A stretch of 64,000 nt of DNA from NCBI GenBank assembly GCA_963827235.1, contig CAWHAE010000014.1, positions 1 to 64,000 of the forward strand, written 5' to 3'. This document shows, piece after piece, positions 30,639 to 41,020 of the stretch. Position numbers and translations under genes: made by a program. The notes beneath the pieces are model-generated. The model was not told where the DNA came from. It worked only from the letters and a program-made list of their open reading frames with translations, and made no database searches. The number at the start of each line of letters is the position of its first letter. The stretch's first letter is position 1. Source of the stretch: an uncultured bacterium. GTDB lineage: Bacteria > Chloroflexota > UBA5177 > JANWHV01.

Positions 30639-31346
30639 GTGGCACACGAGAGCGCTGGAGGAAGGGCCTTGGCAATAGGTATCGAGACGCTGTGTTTTCG
30701 AGGTGTCAATTGCTACCTGGTCACGGTTGGACGCGCGGTCTTCGTGCTCGTCGATTCCGGTCTCGCCTCCCAGCGCACCAAGATCGACCGGGCGCTGCAG
30801 GCCGCCGGCTGTGAGCACGGCAACCTGAAGCTGATCGTGGCCACGCACGCGGACGCTGATCACATCGGGAATTGCGCCTTTCTGCGACAGAAGTACGGCG
30901 CTCGGATTGCCTTGCACGCCGATGAGCTCGAGGCCGCCCAAACCGGAGATCCCGTGCGCAACAAGAACATCCCGCGATCCGTGAAGGGACGCCTGACCAG
31001 GCTGATCCTGCGCCGCTTCCGGCTTGCAACGGCGGACTGCTTCGTCCCTGACCTCACCCTCGGCGATGGCGACGACTTTCGCGCCTACGGCTTCGAGGCT
31101 TCGACCCTGCATCTGCCCGGGCACTCCAATGGGTCAATAGGCATCTTGACTGAAGGCGGTGATCTGTTCTGCGGAGACCTGCTCAGGAACGAGAGGCAGC
31201 CCTCTCCCGGCCGCGGTATCTTCGACCAGGAGGAGTTCGAAGCCGGCTTGGCCAAGCTACGACAGCTGCAGGTTGCCACTATCTACCCCGGGCACGGTAA
31301 GCCGTTCACTATGCAAGCGCTGGCGAACAAGCTCGGTCAGCCATAG
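30639..31346 (+). CDS. MBL-fold metallo-hydrolase
   Basis: VNCYLV, LVDSG, THADADHIG, PGHSNGS, CGD, YPGHG. Confidence 0.88.
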   Translation: MAHESAGGRALAIGIETLCFRGVNCYLVTVGRAVFVLVDSGLASQRTKIDRALQAAGCEHGNLKLIVATHADADHIGNCAFLRQKYGARIALHADELEAAQTGDPVRNKNIPRSVKGRLTRLILRRFRLATADCFVPDLTLGDGDDFRAYGFEASTLHLPGHSNGSIGILTEGGDLFCGDLLRNERQPSPGRGIFDQEEFEAGLAKLRQLQVATIYPGHGKPFTMQALANKLGQP

Positions 31347-31365
31347 CGGCAGATCTCGCAGTGGC

Positions 31366-31407
31366 ACGAACGGTGTTCTTGACAAACGGTGTTCGTTGGC
31401 ATATGCT
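31366..31407 (+). promoter_or_regulatory. TetR promoter with a double operator
   Basis: AACGGTGTTC at 31369 and 31385 flanking TTGACA(31379)-17bp-TATGCT(31402). Confidence 0.75.
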
Positions 31408-31413
31408 TTGGGC

Positions 31414-32097
31414 ATGGAACGCAATGAGCCCCGTGAAGTCGTCAGTCGAAGGACCCGTCCGGCCAAGGCGCCGCTCGGCAGGGAGGTCATCGTGTCGGCC
31501 GCCCTGGATCTGCTTACCCGCGACGGCCTGGCCGGGTTGAGCCTGCGGAAGGTCGCCGCCGAGCTCGACACCGGCGCCGCCTCGCTCTATGTCTACGTGG
31601 CCAACCTGGGTGAGCTGCAGTCCCTGGTCCTCGACCATGCCCTGGCAGATGTCGCGTTGCCCGCTCGGCCTTCGGCCGGGTGGCGTGAGCGTCTGAAGGA
31701 CCTGCTCGGGACGTACTACGGCGTGCTCTGCGCGCGGCCCGGCCTCGCCCAGCTCGCCATGACGACGCTGCCGGTCGGGGCCAACGCGCTGCGCATGACC
31801 GATCTCCTTCTGGGCCTGCTGCTCGAGGGCGACATGCCGGGCTCCACGGCGGCCTGGGCAGTGGATCTGCTTACGCTGTACGTGACCGCTGTAGCCGCCG
31901 AGCATACCATGCGTGGCTCGCACGAGGAGGCTCTCAAACGGGCTGAGCGAACGATGAGCGCCGTCGCGGCGGCCGACTACCCGCACATCTACGCAGTGCG
32001 CGACAGCCTGTTCTCAGGCGACCGCGGGCGAATCGATTGGGCTCTGGACGTGCTGCTCACCGGCCTCATGGCACACGCCCCGCCGTCACCCGGCTGA
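31414..32097 (+). CDS. TetR/AcrR-family regulator (TetR_C type)
   Basis: GLAGLSLRKVAAELDTGAASLYVYV HTH; WRERL; YPHI. Confidence 0.92.
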   Translation: MERNEPREVVSRRTRPAKAPLGREVIVSAALDLLTRDGLAGLSLRKVAAELDTGAASLYVYVANLGELQSLVLDHALADVALPARPSAGWRERLKDLLGTYYGVLCARPGLAQLAMTTLPVGANALRMTDLLLGLLLEGDMPGSTAAWAVDLLTLYVTAVAAEHTMRGSHEEALKRAERTMSAVAAADYPHIYAVRDSLFSGDRGRIDWALDVLLTGLMAHAPPSPG

Positions 32098-32361
32098 TCC
32101 TACTCGATCTCTATCGTTTCACACACCCGAACCAAGGAGCGTCGACCATGTCGAGGCGATCCGTGCATCGCTGTTCCCTGCGAGGCGCCGAGCGCGCCGA
32201 TTCCGCTGCCGTCCTGACCGTCAGGGCGCCATCGCTCCCGGTCGGACCGCACCAAGAGATCCCGGCACCTCGAGGATCGGCAGGTCCCGCGCTCCGGCCG
32301 CCGCACAACGCGCCGGGCCATCCAGTTGGCCCGGCATCGCGCATCCCAAGGAGTTCTTGAC

Positions 32362-33795
32362 GTGTCTGCTGCAGTTGACGCACTCGACCAACCCTCGGAG
32401 TCCGGGACTCATCCAACGGCGCCGGTGCTGTGGGCCATCCTCATTGTGATCCTCATCGCCGACATGATGGATCTCCTCGACTCGACCCTGACGAACATCG
32501 CCGCGCCCAGCGTTGCGAGGGACCTGGGCGGCGGAGTCTCGCTCATCAAGTGGCTTGGATCCAGCTACGCGCTGTCTATGGGCGTTCTCCTGGTGGCAGG
32601 GGGACGGCTGGGCGACAGATACGGCCAGCGTCGGGTGTTTCTGATCGGCCAGATCGGCTTCACAATGGCGTCCGGTGTCTGCGGACTGGCCGTCGGTCCC
32701 GCCATGATGGTCGCGGCCAGGCTGTGCCAGGGCGCCTTCGGCGCGCTGCTCATTCCCCAGGGCATGGCGATCATGACCGCTACCTTCCCGCGCGAGTTCA
32801 TGACCAACGCATTCAGCGCCTATGGGCCTGCACTCGGCATCGGCATGATCGGCGGCCCTCCCCTTGGGGGCTTCATCATTACCGCGAATTTTGCCGGTCT
32901 CGGCTGGCGACCCATGTTCCTGATCAACATCGTGCTGGGCTGCATCGGCTGCGCGGCCGCCGTGCGATTCCTGCCCAAGCTCACCGGCGACCGCACGGCG
33001 ACCGTGGACGGCCTCGGTGCGGCGTTACTGGGCGGCTCCATGCTCGGTGCGATGTATGGGCTCATCGAGGGCTCCACTGGCGGCTGGACCATTGTGCCTG
33101 TCGCATGCATTGCCGGCGGCCTCGCCTGCTTCGCACTGTTCTGCCGCCGGCAACTCTCGTCCGAGCAACCACTGATCAAGCCGAGCCTGCTGAAGAACCG
33201 TGGCTTCACCGGCGGCCTCCTGCTTGGCCTGTTCTACTTCGCGGTCGTGAGCGGGCTCATGTACGTCATGTCTCTTTTCCTGCAGGGTGGACTCGGCCGC
33301 ACTGCCGGTGAGGCCGCGGTCGACCTCATCCCCGTGGCGGCCGGTATCGTGATTAGCTCGTTCGCTGGTGCCCGGCTCATTCCCATGCTGGGCCGCACGC
33401 TGATACTCGTCGGCCTGCTGCTGACCGTGGCCGGGGCCGGCGGCTTTCTGGCAGGCGTGCTCGCCGGCGGTCTGCAGGTGAGTGCGTGGGCAGTCGAGCC
33501 GGCCATGCTGGCGATCGGTCTGGGCATGGGTGCCTGTTTCGGCACGCTGTTCGATGCGGCGCTGAGTGCTGTCAGCCCGGACGAGGCCGGCAGCGCCAGT
33601 GGCTCTCTCAGCGCCGTGCAGCAGATCGCCGGCTGCCTCGGCTCGGCGCTCATCACGACCGTGTACTTCCAGGCGCTCCCGTCGAGCGGCTCTGCACACG
33701 CCGTCTCGGCCAGCCTCGCGGTGGTGATCGGCATCGCCGGCCCGTGCTGCTTCCTCGTGTGGCTGCTGCCCGCCAGGATTCGCGTTCAGCACTGA
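32362..33795 (+). CDS. DHA2/EmrB-type MFS efflux transporter
   Basis: MDLLDSTLTNIAAP, GGRLGDRYGQRR, GPPLGG, WRPMFLIN; about 14 TM segments. Confidence 0.92.
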   Translation: MSAAVDALDQPSESGTHPTAPVLWAILIVILIADMMDLLDSTLTNIAAPSVARDLGGGVSLIKWLGSSYALSMGVLLVAGGRLGDRYGQRRVFLIGQIGFTMASGVCGLAVGPAMMVAARLCQGAFGALLIPQGMAIMTATFPREFMTNAFSAYGPALGIGMIGGPPLGGFIITANFAGLGWRPMFLINIVLGCIGCAAAVRFLPKLTGDRTATVDGLGAALLGGSMLGAMYGLIEGSTGGWTIVPVACIAGGLACFALFCRRQLSSEQPLIKPSLLKNRGFTGGLLLGLFYFAVVSGLMYVMSLFLQGGLGRTAGEAAVDLIPVAAGIVISSFAGARLIPMLGRTLILVGLLLTVAGAGGFLAGVLAGGLQVSAWAVEPAMLAIGLGMGACFGTLFDAALSAVSPDEAGSASGSLSAVQQIAGCLGSALITTVYFQALPSSGSAHAVSASLAVVIGIAGPCCFLVWLLPARIRVQH

Positions 33796-34174
33796 GAGCG
33801 CCACACTGTTCGACGCCGAATGCGCGTCCGGTCAATGTGCCATTACAGCTTGGTGTCTGGCAGACATGGAAGCCATGGCAGGCACATCCAGGGGCGGTCG
33901 GGAGCACAGCAGGCCCGGCATCGCTCGACCGGAGCCGGGTATCGCAGTCTGGGTCCCGGCAGCACGATCCCGAAGGAATCAAGGCCAGGATCGCCAATAT
34001 CGCGTGCGCCCTCGTGTGTCAGGCGGACGGGACGATCGCGCCGCTCGCGGTCCTGGGTCGGGTTAGCTACCAGGAGAGCTCACGCGCAGAATCTGACCGC
34101 ACGGGCGCCGCACCAGCAGAGTCGTCGATACTGCCGTAACCACGAACGGTATACTGGCGACGAGGAATTCTGTC

Positions 34175-35317
34175 ATGACTCAGAGCAACGGTCCTGCGCA
34201 TGGCGTGCGCGCCCGCGTCCGTGAGCTGGGCATCGTGATCGGTAGCCTGCCGCCCGGCCCGCTCAACGCGATCACGGACGTGGCTGGCGTGCGGGTCGGC
34301 TACACCACGCTGATCCGGGGCGAAGGTGCTCTGGTGGTCGGGCAGGGACCGGTCCGAACTGGGGTCACGGTGATTCTGCCACGCCCAGGTGCGGCGGGAG
34401 CCGCGGCGGACCCGCTCTTTGCCGGCTATCACGTTCTGAACGGCAACGGCGAGATGACGGGCCTGGCCTGGATCGAGGAGTCGGGCCTGCTCAGTAGCAA
34501 CGTCGCGCTTACCAACACGCATAGCGTGGGTGTGGTGCGCGATGCGCTGATCGCCCACGAGGTGGCCCTCGGCCATACCGGGACCAGGCAGGATTGGAGC
34601 CTTCCCGTGGTGGCCGAGACGTTCGACGGCTTCCTAAACGATGTCAACGGCATGCACGTTCGCCCCGAGCATGTATTTGCCGCCATCGAGTCCGCGCGCG
34701 ACGGGCCGGTGGCCGAGGGCTGCGTGGGCGGCGGCACCGGAATGATCTGCCACGGCTTCAAGGGCGGTACCGGCACGGCCTCGCGGCGGCTCCCGCCGGC
34801 GGAGGGAGGATGGACGGTTGGCGTCCTGGTGCAGGCCAACTACGGCGTGCGCCGCCTGTTCAGGTTGGATGGTGTCCCTGTTGGACAGGTGATCGGTCCG
34901 GCCGAAGTGCCGGAGCCCTGGTCGCCTCCCTCGGATACCGGATCGATTATTGTGATCGCCGCCACTGACGCGCCACTGCTGCCTGCCGGATGCCGCCGGC
35001 TGGCACAGCGGGCGACCATCGGTCTGGCCCGCATGGGCGGCGTGGGGGCGAATTCGAGCGGCGACCTCTTCCTGGCATTTTCGACCGCCAATCAGGGCCT
35101 CGGGCCTGCCGCCGGCGACGTGCGGCCACTCACCGTGCGGACGCTGCCGAACAGCGCCATGACCGTGCTCTTCGAGGCGGTTGCGGAGGCCGTGGAAGAG
35201 GCCATTGCGAACGCGCTGTGCATGGCGGTCACTACCACTGGCGTCGACGGCCACACGGCCCACGCCCTGCCCTTGGGCCGCCTGCAAGAGGTCATGCGGG
35301 CGTGCCGGCGGCTCTAG
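34175..35317 (+). CDS. DmpA-like S58 (P1) aminopeptidase
   Basis: NAITDVAGVRVG, NGNGEMTG, VGGGTGM, GSIIV cleavage site, SGDLFLAFST. Confidence 0.92.
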   Translation: MTQSNGPAHGVRARVRELGIVIGSLPPGPLNAITDVAGVRVGYTTLIRGEGALVVGQGPVRTGVTVILPRPGAAGAAADPLFAGYHVLNGNGEMTGLAWIEESGLLSSNVALTNTHSVGVVRDALIAHEVALGHTGTRQDWSLPVVAETFDGFLNDVNGMHVRPEHVFAAIESARDGPVAEGCVGGGTGMICHGFKGGTGTASRRLPPAEGGWTVGVLVQANYGVRRLFRLDGVPVGQVIGPAEVPEPWSPPSDTGSIIVIAATDAPLLPAGCRRLAQRATIGLARMGGVGANSSGDLFLAFSTANQGLGPAAGDVRPLTVRTLPNSAMTVLFEAVAEAVEEAIANALCMAVTTTGVDGHTAHALPLGRLQEVMRACRRL

Positions 35318-35646
35318 GCAGGCCCACCACCTGCTGGCGGTGTTGCCGGGAGCGTCGGGATAAGACAGGCTCACGGTGTCCTGCCCGCTGGTGCGCCGCG
35401 TGATGCCTGCCAAGGAGCTTGAGCCGGCAACAGTCGCAAGGAATGTGGAACGCCTGCCTCGCCAGCTGGGCGGCAAACGGTCCGTGTGTATTGGCGATAT
35501 TGATCGTCCGCTGCGACACATTGATCATTATGCAACGACCATCCATAGTGGGATGAACAGAGCGACCCGCGCGGGCGGTGCTGCGTAGTGGGCCCGGGCC
35601 TCGACCTACCGGGGCACCGGAGCGGGAGTTCAGGGAGGGATCCGCG

Positions 35647-36816
35647 ATGCCCATCCGAGTATGTCTGGTCACCGTTCACGGCATAGGCTTCCAGCACGCC
35701 CCGCTCACTGACGGCACGCCCGGGTACGCCGACCCTCTGCACGACCACCTGAAGTCCGTCCTGGGCGACTTGCTCGGCGACGACCCCAATCGCCGCGATG
35801 GCGGGCCGGTCTACGTGCAGAGCAACTGGCCGCCCGGGTCGCTCAGCACCGAGCCGGCCCTTGCTCGCCTGGGCACGTGGGACCCGGCGAATCGCGACAG
35901 GATCCAGGATCCGAAGCCGCCTCTGATCGGCGGCAGCGGATCGATCGCCCACGTGGCCCTCGTCTACTCGCACCTGGAAGACGTTCGCTTCCTGCTTGGA
36001 TCGGCCGCCGAAAGCTTGGCCCGAGTGACGTTCTCGCACGGCGGATACTCTTCGATCGGGTCGGCTGTCAAGACCGGAGTGCAGGACGTCTGGGCCATCC
36101 TCACCCACCATAGCGATCAGTCGGCGATCACCACACCCAGTCTGCGGATACGTAGGCTGAGTGACGCGCCGGCGGAGCGCGACGATGCGCTGCCGGCTGC
36201 ACCCGCCGCTGAACCCGGATCCGGTGCGCCCAGCGTGATCGGTCGTCTCGACGACGACGTCGCGGCCTACGTGGCCCGCAACGACCTGCGAGAGCGCGTG
36301 CGCAGCTTCATCCGCGAGGCCATGCTCAGACTCTGCTGTCGCGACGACGTGCCGCTCGTGGTAGTCAACGCTCATAGTCAGGGCACCGTAGTCTGCTATG
36401 ACGTTCTTCGCCAGCTACCGCTCTCTGCGGCGGCCAAGCTCACATGGCTCGCCACGTCGGGCAGCCCCCTGCGCAAGTTTGCCGACTTCTTCCAGTGGGG
36501 CGCAGACGCCAGCTGTTTGGCGCAGACGCGGTGGACGAATTTCTACGACCAGCGCGATCCGGTCGCCGATCCGCTGCAACCCGGTCCGGGATGGCGGTTA
36601 GGAGACGCCCTGCCGCCCCAAGACGGCACGACCAGCATGTTCTACGCGGTGGACGCCGGCATGGGCTCCCGGCTTCCGGTGGCGATCACGGACGTACCGG
36701 TGGACAACATGCAATTCAGCAAAGGTGGCGGGCTTCAGGCGCACAACTACTGGGACAATGAGAAAGAGGTCGTGGGTGCGCTGGCAGCCGGCCTCAGGAG
36801 CATCCTGGGCGCTTGA
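35647..36816 (+). CDS. Uncharacterised alpha/beta-hydrolase-fold protein
   Basis: VHGIG oxyanion loop, AHSQG elbow, GSPL, NFYD..DPVA, AHNYW. Confidence 0.7.
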   Translation: MPIRVCLVTVHGIGFQHAPLTDGTPGYADPLHDHLKSVLGDLLGDDPNRRDGGPVYVQSNWPPGSLSTEPALARLGTWDPANRDRIQDPKPPLIGGSGSIAHVALVYSHLEDVRFLLGSAAESLARVTFSHGGYSSIGSAVKTGVQDVWAILTHHSDQSAITTPSLRIRRLSDAPAERDDALPAAPAAEPGSGAPSVIGRLDDDVAAYVARNDLRERVRSFIREAMLRLCCRDDVPLVVVNAHSQGTVVCYDVLRQLPLSAAAKLTWLATSGSPLRKFADFFQWGADASCLAQTRWTNFYDQRDPVADPLQPGPGWRLGDALPPQDGTTSMFYAVDAGMGSRLPVAITDVPVDNMQFSKGGGLQAHNYWDNEKEVVGALAAGLRSILGA

Positions 36817-37122
36817 AGCCGATCGCCCGTCGGGCTGCGGCGCCCTTCGGATCCGGTATAGCCTGAGTCCGGTACGCCCGGCGAACGCCTAACTACCGGC
36901 TTTGGCGACGCACGGAGGATCATCTGGGCCCGCGGGTCAAAGAGATGCATTGCCGCGGCAGGTCGCCGCGAGCGCTCCTGCGGCGGCATCCTGGGCCGTC
37001 CCAACGACCATTCGACGTGCTAAGCCTCCGCGTCTGACGTCACTCGCTTCTGCCGGCGGTGTGGCGAGGGTTCTGGGATGCAACCGTGCCTCGCGGCTCG
37101 GCCCAGAGTAGGCGCATGCTGC

Positions 37123-37151
37123 TTGACGTGGTAGAATATATGTACTAGAAA
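37123..37151 (+). promoter_or_regulatory. Promoter with a LexA-like box in the spacer
   Basis: TTGACG-17bp-TAGAAA; AGAATATATGTACT at 37133-37146. Confidence 0.55.
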
Positions 37152-37164
37152 CAGCGGTGGCAAG

Positions 37165-37455
37165 GTGATAGAGGACAACTCGCAAGCGTTCGAGCCTCGG
37201 TTCCGGCAGCTCGGCAAATACGTGTTCCAGGTACGCAGCCGGCGCGAGCGAGGGCCATACTACACGGTCGATGCTCTGCACCTGAGCTGCACCTGCAAAG
37301 CCGGGTTCTACGGTATCCGCTGCTGGCACTTGGCCTGGGCGATCCAGCAGCAGTATTGGCAGGCGGAAGCCGAAAGGCGCGCGCCGAAGCGCCGCCGCGG
37401 CCGCAAACGCGGCGCAGCCGGCACGCGCGGAGCGTCCGCGAGCCACGTCGCCTGA
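37165..37455 (+). CDS. Small SWIM zinc-finger protein
   Basis: YTVD..CTCKAG....CWH (CxCxnCxH) with a basic tail. Confidence 0.75.
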   Translation: MIEDNSQAFEPRFRQLGKYVFQVRSRRERGPYYTVDALHLSCTCKAGFYGIRCWHLAWAIQQQYWQAEAERRAPKRRRGRKRGAAGTRGASASHVA

Positions 37456-37632
37456 TCGCGGCAACTATCCCCTCCTGAAGGGTCATCGCCGCACACGCGG
37501 TCGGCAGCCGACTCAGTGCCCACACACATGACTAGTGCAGTGAGAGATGCTCCGGCTGTGCGCTCCGTTATGTCGGTGTTTGCCGCTGTGCCGAGACATG
37601 GGCTCCGGTAGCCGGGCGGCGCGCCCCTCTTG

Positions 37633-38646
37633 TCAGGGCACCGCGAAGGTCAGGCGGAAGGGTCCATGTACCCTCACCATCCTGCCAGCCTGGCTGAGGT
37701 CGATCTCCGGAATGTCCAGGGTGGCCGATCCACCATGGGCCAAGGGCGGCACGATCCAGACCACCGGGCATGTGTCGTTACCGCAGACTCCCGTCCAGGA
37801 GCCAGCGATTGCCCTGCCGTTTAGGTATGCGCGCGGCAGCAAGGGCAGCGAGCTCGCCGGAACTCCGATCGACCCATGCAGATATCCGCCCACCGGCCAC
37901 AGCATCAACCAGGTGATACTTATCAGTACACCGCCGGCGAAGGTCCGGCTGTGTAGCGGCACGTCTCGACTCTGGGCGAGCGCGCGGAGGTTCAGCGGCA
38001 CCTTGATGGCTGGGAGAAGACGCAGGGGTGGCAGGTGTTGTGGTCCCGCCGGAAGCCGCTCTACCCAAGGCTGTAGCAGCACCACTCTTGTCGCGCGCGG
38101 TACTGTGCCGTAGACTGCCAGGCAGTTTTCACTGGGGCGATCGAATGGCAGCCAATCCGGCAGCAATCCGGACGCCCGCTTGCACGTGCTCGTCGATCCG
38201 GTGTTGAGCCAGCCGCCCGGAACGGCAGTCAGCTTGAAGCCCATGACCTTGGTCGTCCTGGCACTCGATGCTTCGGTCAGATGGTAGGCGACGTAAGTAT
38301 GCTCGCCGTCCACAGCCACACGATCGACAGTTACCGGTCCGCGCGGTTGGCCCGGAGCCGGCCGCGCGACCAACCCGATGCTCTCGAGATAGTGCTCGAA
38401 CGGTATCGAGCCCTCGAGATCCGTGCCGCCTTGGTCGCGGCTGGCCACGAGCGCGATGAGCGTGCCCGAGGCGGCCACGAGCAGCAACAGAAGTCCCACC
38501 AACACCAGGACGCGCATGCCGGAGTGCCTCGACTCGCCGCCTCCTGCCGGCATGGATGCGAGCCTGCGGTCGCCGTATCTGCCGTAATCGCCGAGACTCG
38601 TGCCGGCTGGTTCCATGATCCACTGCTGCGGGCGGGCCGCTACCAC
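37633..38646 (-). CDS. Membrane-anchored hypothetical protein
   Basis: One TM segment followed by a beta-rich domain; GAGGGG RBS before GTG; overlaps the upstream stop. Confidence 0.6.
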   Translation of the reverse strand: MVAARPQQWIMEPAGTSLGDYGRYGDRRLASMPAGGGESRHSGMRVLVLVGLLLLLVAASGTLIALVASRDQGGTDLEGSIPFEHYLESIGLVARPAPGQPRGPVTVDRVAVDGEHTYVAYHLTEASSARTTKVMGFKLTAVPGGWLNTGSTSTCKRASGLLPDWLPFDRPSENCLAVYGTVPRATRVVLLQPWVERLPAGPQHLPPLRLLPAIKVPLNLRALAQSRDVPLHSRTFAGGVLISITWLMLWPVGGYLHGSIGVPASSLPLLPRAYLNGRAIAGSWTGVCGNDTCPVVWIVPPLAHGGSATLDIPEIDLSQAGRMVRVHGPFRLTFAVP

Positions 38647-39470
38647 GTGTTCCCCTCGAGCGGAGCTTGCTGCCGAGAACTGCGTGGCCCGCTGCTTTCG
38701 CCAGCCGTAAGCAGCTCGAGCACCGCATCGGCGAGGCTCAGTCTTTCCGTGAGGGTTCCACACTGACCGAGCTCGCCATCGTCAGTATCGAGTCGCCAAG
38801 CAAGCGCCTGTTCGATTAGCGCCCGCCATTCCGGCAGCTCGTCGGCCGCCCACGAAGCAGCGCGCTTCTTGGAAGTCTGTTCGCCGAAACGGCAGCTACA
38901 CATGCAGCGGCACTGGGTCAGCACGGCGAATGCTTGCCCTTTCGCGCCGCCGCCGTCTTCCAGCCACCGGCGCAGCTCTCGCGCTTTGGCGCGGATGGAG
39001 AGGATATGCTCCTGGCGCGTGATCGGCTCGATGAGGTCGCGCGCCGGCGGACCGTGGAGCGGGAGGCTCACTTCGCGGACCAGATACCAGCTCAGGATCC
39101 GCTCGGGACGACTAACCGTGCGATGGAACGGTTCACCTGGGCTAACGTTCACGACCTCGCTCCGCCTCGACCGCACTGCGGCCAAAGCGTCCACGGATAC
39201 ATAGCATACTTCGATCCGGTCGGACCACTCGACGTAGTCTTTGGCAAAGGAGGCGTGCATACGACCCAGTTCCCCGTACTCGCGCTCGTCGAGCTCGTCG
39301 GCCAGCACGGCGGTGAGGTCCACGTCGCTCACTCCCTCGTCGAAGTCGCCCGTCACAAGCGAGCCGTCCAGGTACAGTCCGACCAGCTTCGCGCCGAGCA
39401 CGGACAGCATACGCTCGTGTAGACGTTGGAGCAGAACGTTGACACGCGGAAAGCTGGTGGGTTGGCACAT
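38640..39470 (-). CDS. AadA/ANT-like nucleotidyltransferase (NTase + DUF4111)
   Basis: LVGLYLDGSLVTGDF...SDVD, LHGPPAR, VLTQCR, SKKRAA.WA. Confidence 0.85.
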   Translation of the reverse strand: MCQPTSFPRVNVLLQRLHERMLSVLGAKLVGLYLDGSLVTGDFDEGVSDVDLTAVLADELDEREYGELGRMHASFAKDYVEWSDRIEVCYVSVDALAAVRSRRSEVVNVSPGEPFHRTVSRPERILSWYLVREVSLPLHGPPARDLIEPITRQEHILSIRAKARELRRWLEDGGGAKGQAFAVLTQCRCMCSCRFGEQTSKKRAASWAADELPEWRALIEQALAWRLDTDDGELGQCGTLTERLSLADAVLELLTAGESSGPRSSRQQAPLEGNTW

Positions 39471-39590
39471 CGCACCTTCCACGGTACTCCTGTTCTGGCG
39501 TTCCGTCGACCGACGGCTTGCCGCGGCAGATGGGCGAAGTCCGGCGGGCAGCCGAATGGTGCCCGCCGGACGGTTGCACGCTCTGGCCGG

Positions 39591-40691
39591 TTACTGCGAA
39601 GCCGCCAGCTCGCCGAGCACAACCTTGATTTGCATTGTCGATCCGCTTCGGACGACCGTCAGATTCATGGTCGCGCCGGGCGAAGACTTGGCGAGAGCGG
39701 TGATAAGGGCGGACTCGCCGGTGATCGGCGTGCCGTTTGCCGCGGTGATCACGTCACCCTGCTGCAGGCCGGCCTGAGCAGCCGGGCTGCCGGAGGCCAC
39801 GGTCTCGATCACCGCGCCTGTGGTTGGCGCCGTGCTCGAGCCGTCGCCGAAGCCGCCGAATCCGAAGCCGGCACCGGCCTGCGATGCGTCTGTGGCTACG
39901 AGGCCAAGGTACGCCCGCCCCGTGTGCGCTACCTTGCCGGTAGTGATGATCTGATGCGCAATCGTCGTAACACGATCACTGGGGATGGCGAAACCGATGC
40001 CCTGAGCGGCGCCGCCGTTGTTGTTTTGCGGGTCGCTCGCCTCGAGCGTCGGAATGCCCACTACCTGGCCGTCCAGGTTCACGAGCGCGCCACCCGAGTT
40101 GCCGGGATTGATCGGCGCCGACGTTTGCACGGCGTTTGGCAGGTACGCGCCGTTCGACTCTTGCACGGTACGGTTGAGGGCGCTGATCAGTCCGGACGTC
40201 ACCGTCTGCTGCAGGCCGAGCGGGCTGCCGATGGCGAGCACCGTCTGGGCGACCGCGTCCCCGCTGATCGGTGTGAAGTGGGCGGCGGGCAGGCCGGTGG
40301 CGCCGATGTGGATGATCGCCAGGTCGTCGGCGGCGTCGGTACCCAGCAGCGAAGCGGTGTACGTCTTGCCGCTGCTCAGCGTGACGGTGATCTTCTGCGC
40401 CTGCTCGATCACGTGGTCGTTGGTGACGATGTCTCCGGTGCTGTCGTAGATGACGCCGGATCCGGAGCCTATGCCCACGTTTTCGACGTAAACGACGGAA
40501 GGGCTGGCCACGCTGTATGCGTGTTCTGTCACCGCATCCAGGCCGGCGGCTGCACTCGCGGCGTGCGACACGGCGAACTGCGCCGATGCAGCCACGCCTG
40601 GTGGCGGAGCGCTGGTGCTCATGGCGCGATCCGCAATGGCCCCCGTGGCCACAAGTGCTGCTGCAAAGAGCGGTCGTGCAAATGCTAACAT
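39591..40691 (-). CDS. HtrA-like S1C serine protease with PDZ domain
   Basis: GSGVI, TNDHV, DLAI, AIGSPLGL, INPGNSGG, GSPAAQAGL..GDVI. Confidence 0.93.
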   Translation of the reverse strand: MLAFARPLFAAALVATGAIADRAMSTSAPPPGVAASAQFAVSHAASAAAGLDAVTEHAYSVASPSVVYVENVGIGSGSGVIYDSTGDIVTNDHVIEQAQKITVTLSSGKTYTASLLGTDAADDLAIIHIGATGLPAAHFTPISGDAVAQTVLAIGSPLGLQQTVTSGLISALNRTVQESNGAYLPNAVQTSAPINPGNSGGALVNLDGQVVGIPTLEASDPQNNNGGAAQGIGFAIPSDRVTTIAHQIITTGKVAHTGRAYLGLVATDASQAGAGFGFGGFGDGSSTAPTTGAVIETVASGSPAAQAGLQQGDVITAANGTPITGESALITALAKSSPGATMNLTVVRSGSTMQIKVVLGELAASQ

Positions 40692-41020
40692 GCTGGTCCC
40701 CTCAGAAATGTTGGCCGTGGCGAAAGTCGGAGCGGCGCTAGTTGCCCTATCTCGGCGGTGTCCGCGGTGCTCCGCTGCGCCACGGAATGGAATGATTGGA
40801 GCTCCATCGGACTCGGGAGCCTGCTCCTCCCGGGCCATCACTCACTCTCAAAGTAAAGGACAACTATGACAGGAACGTGACCGCCGGATTAAGCGGATGT
40901 GATAGCGAGATTGCAAATACGCAACCTTGTCCGCCACGGCATATCCCAGCAAAGCTGCGTGGCGCACCCAGTAGGCGGCACATAGACAAGTGAGCACGTG
41001 CCCGTTGCATCCGCTCGTGA

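Noticed and set aside
31368-31378. GAAC-GGT-GTTC as a LexA box
   Set aside because: The spacer is 3 bp rather than 4, and the site is duplicated at a tetR promoter, so a TetR operator fits better.
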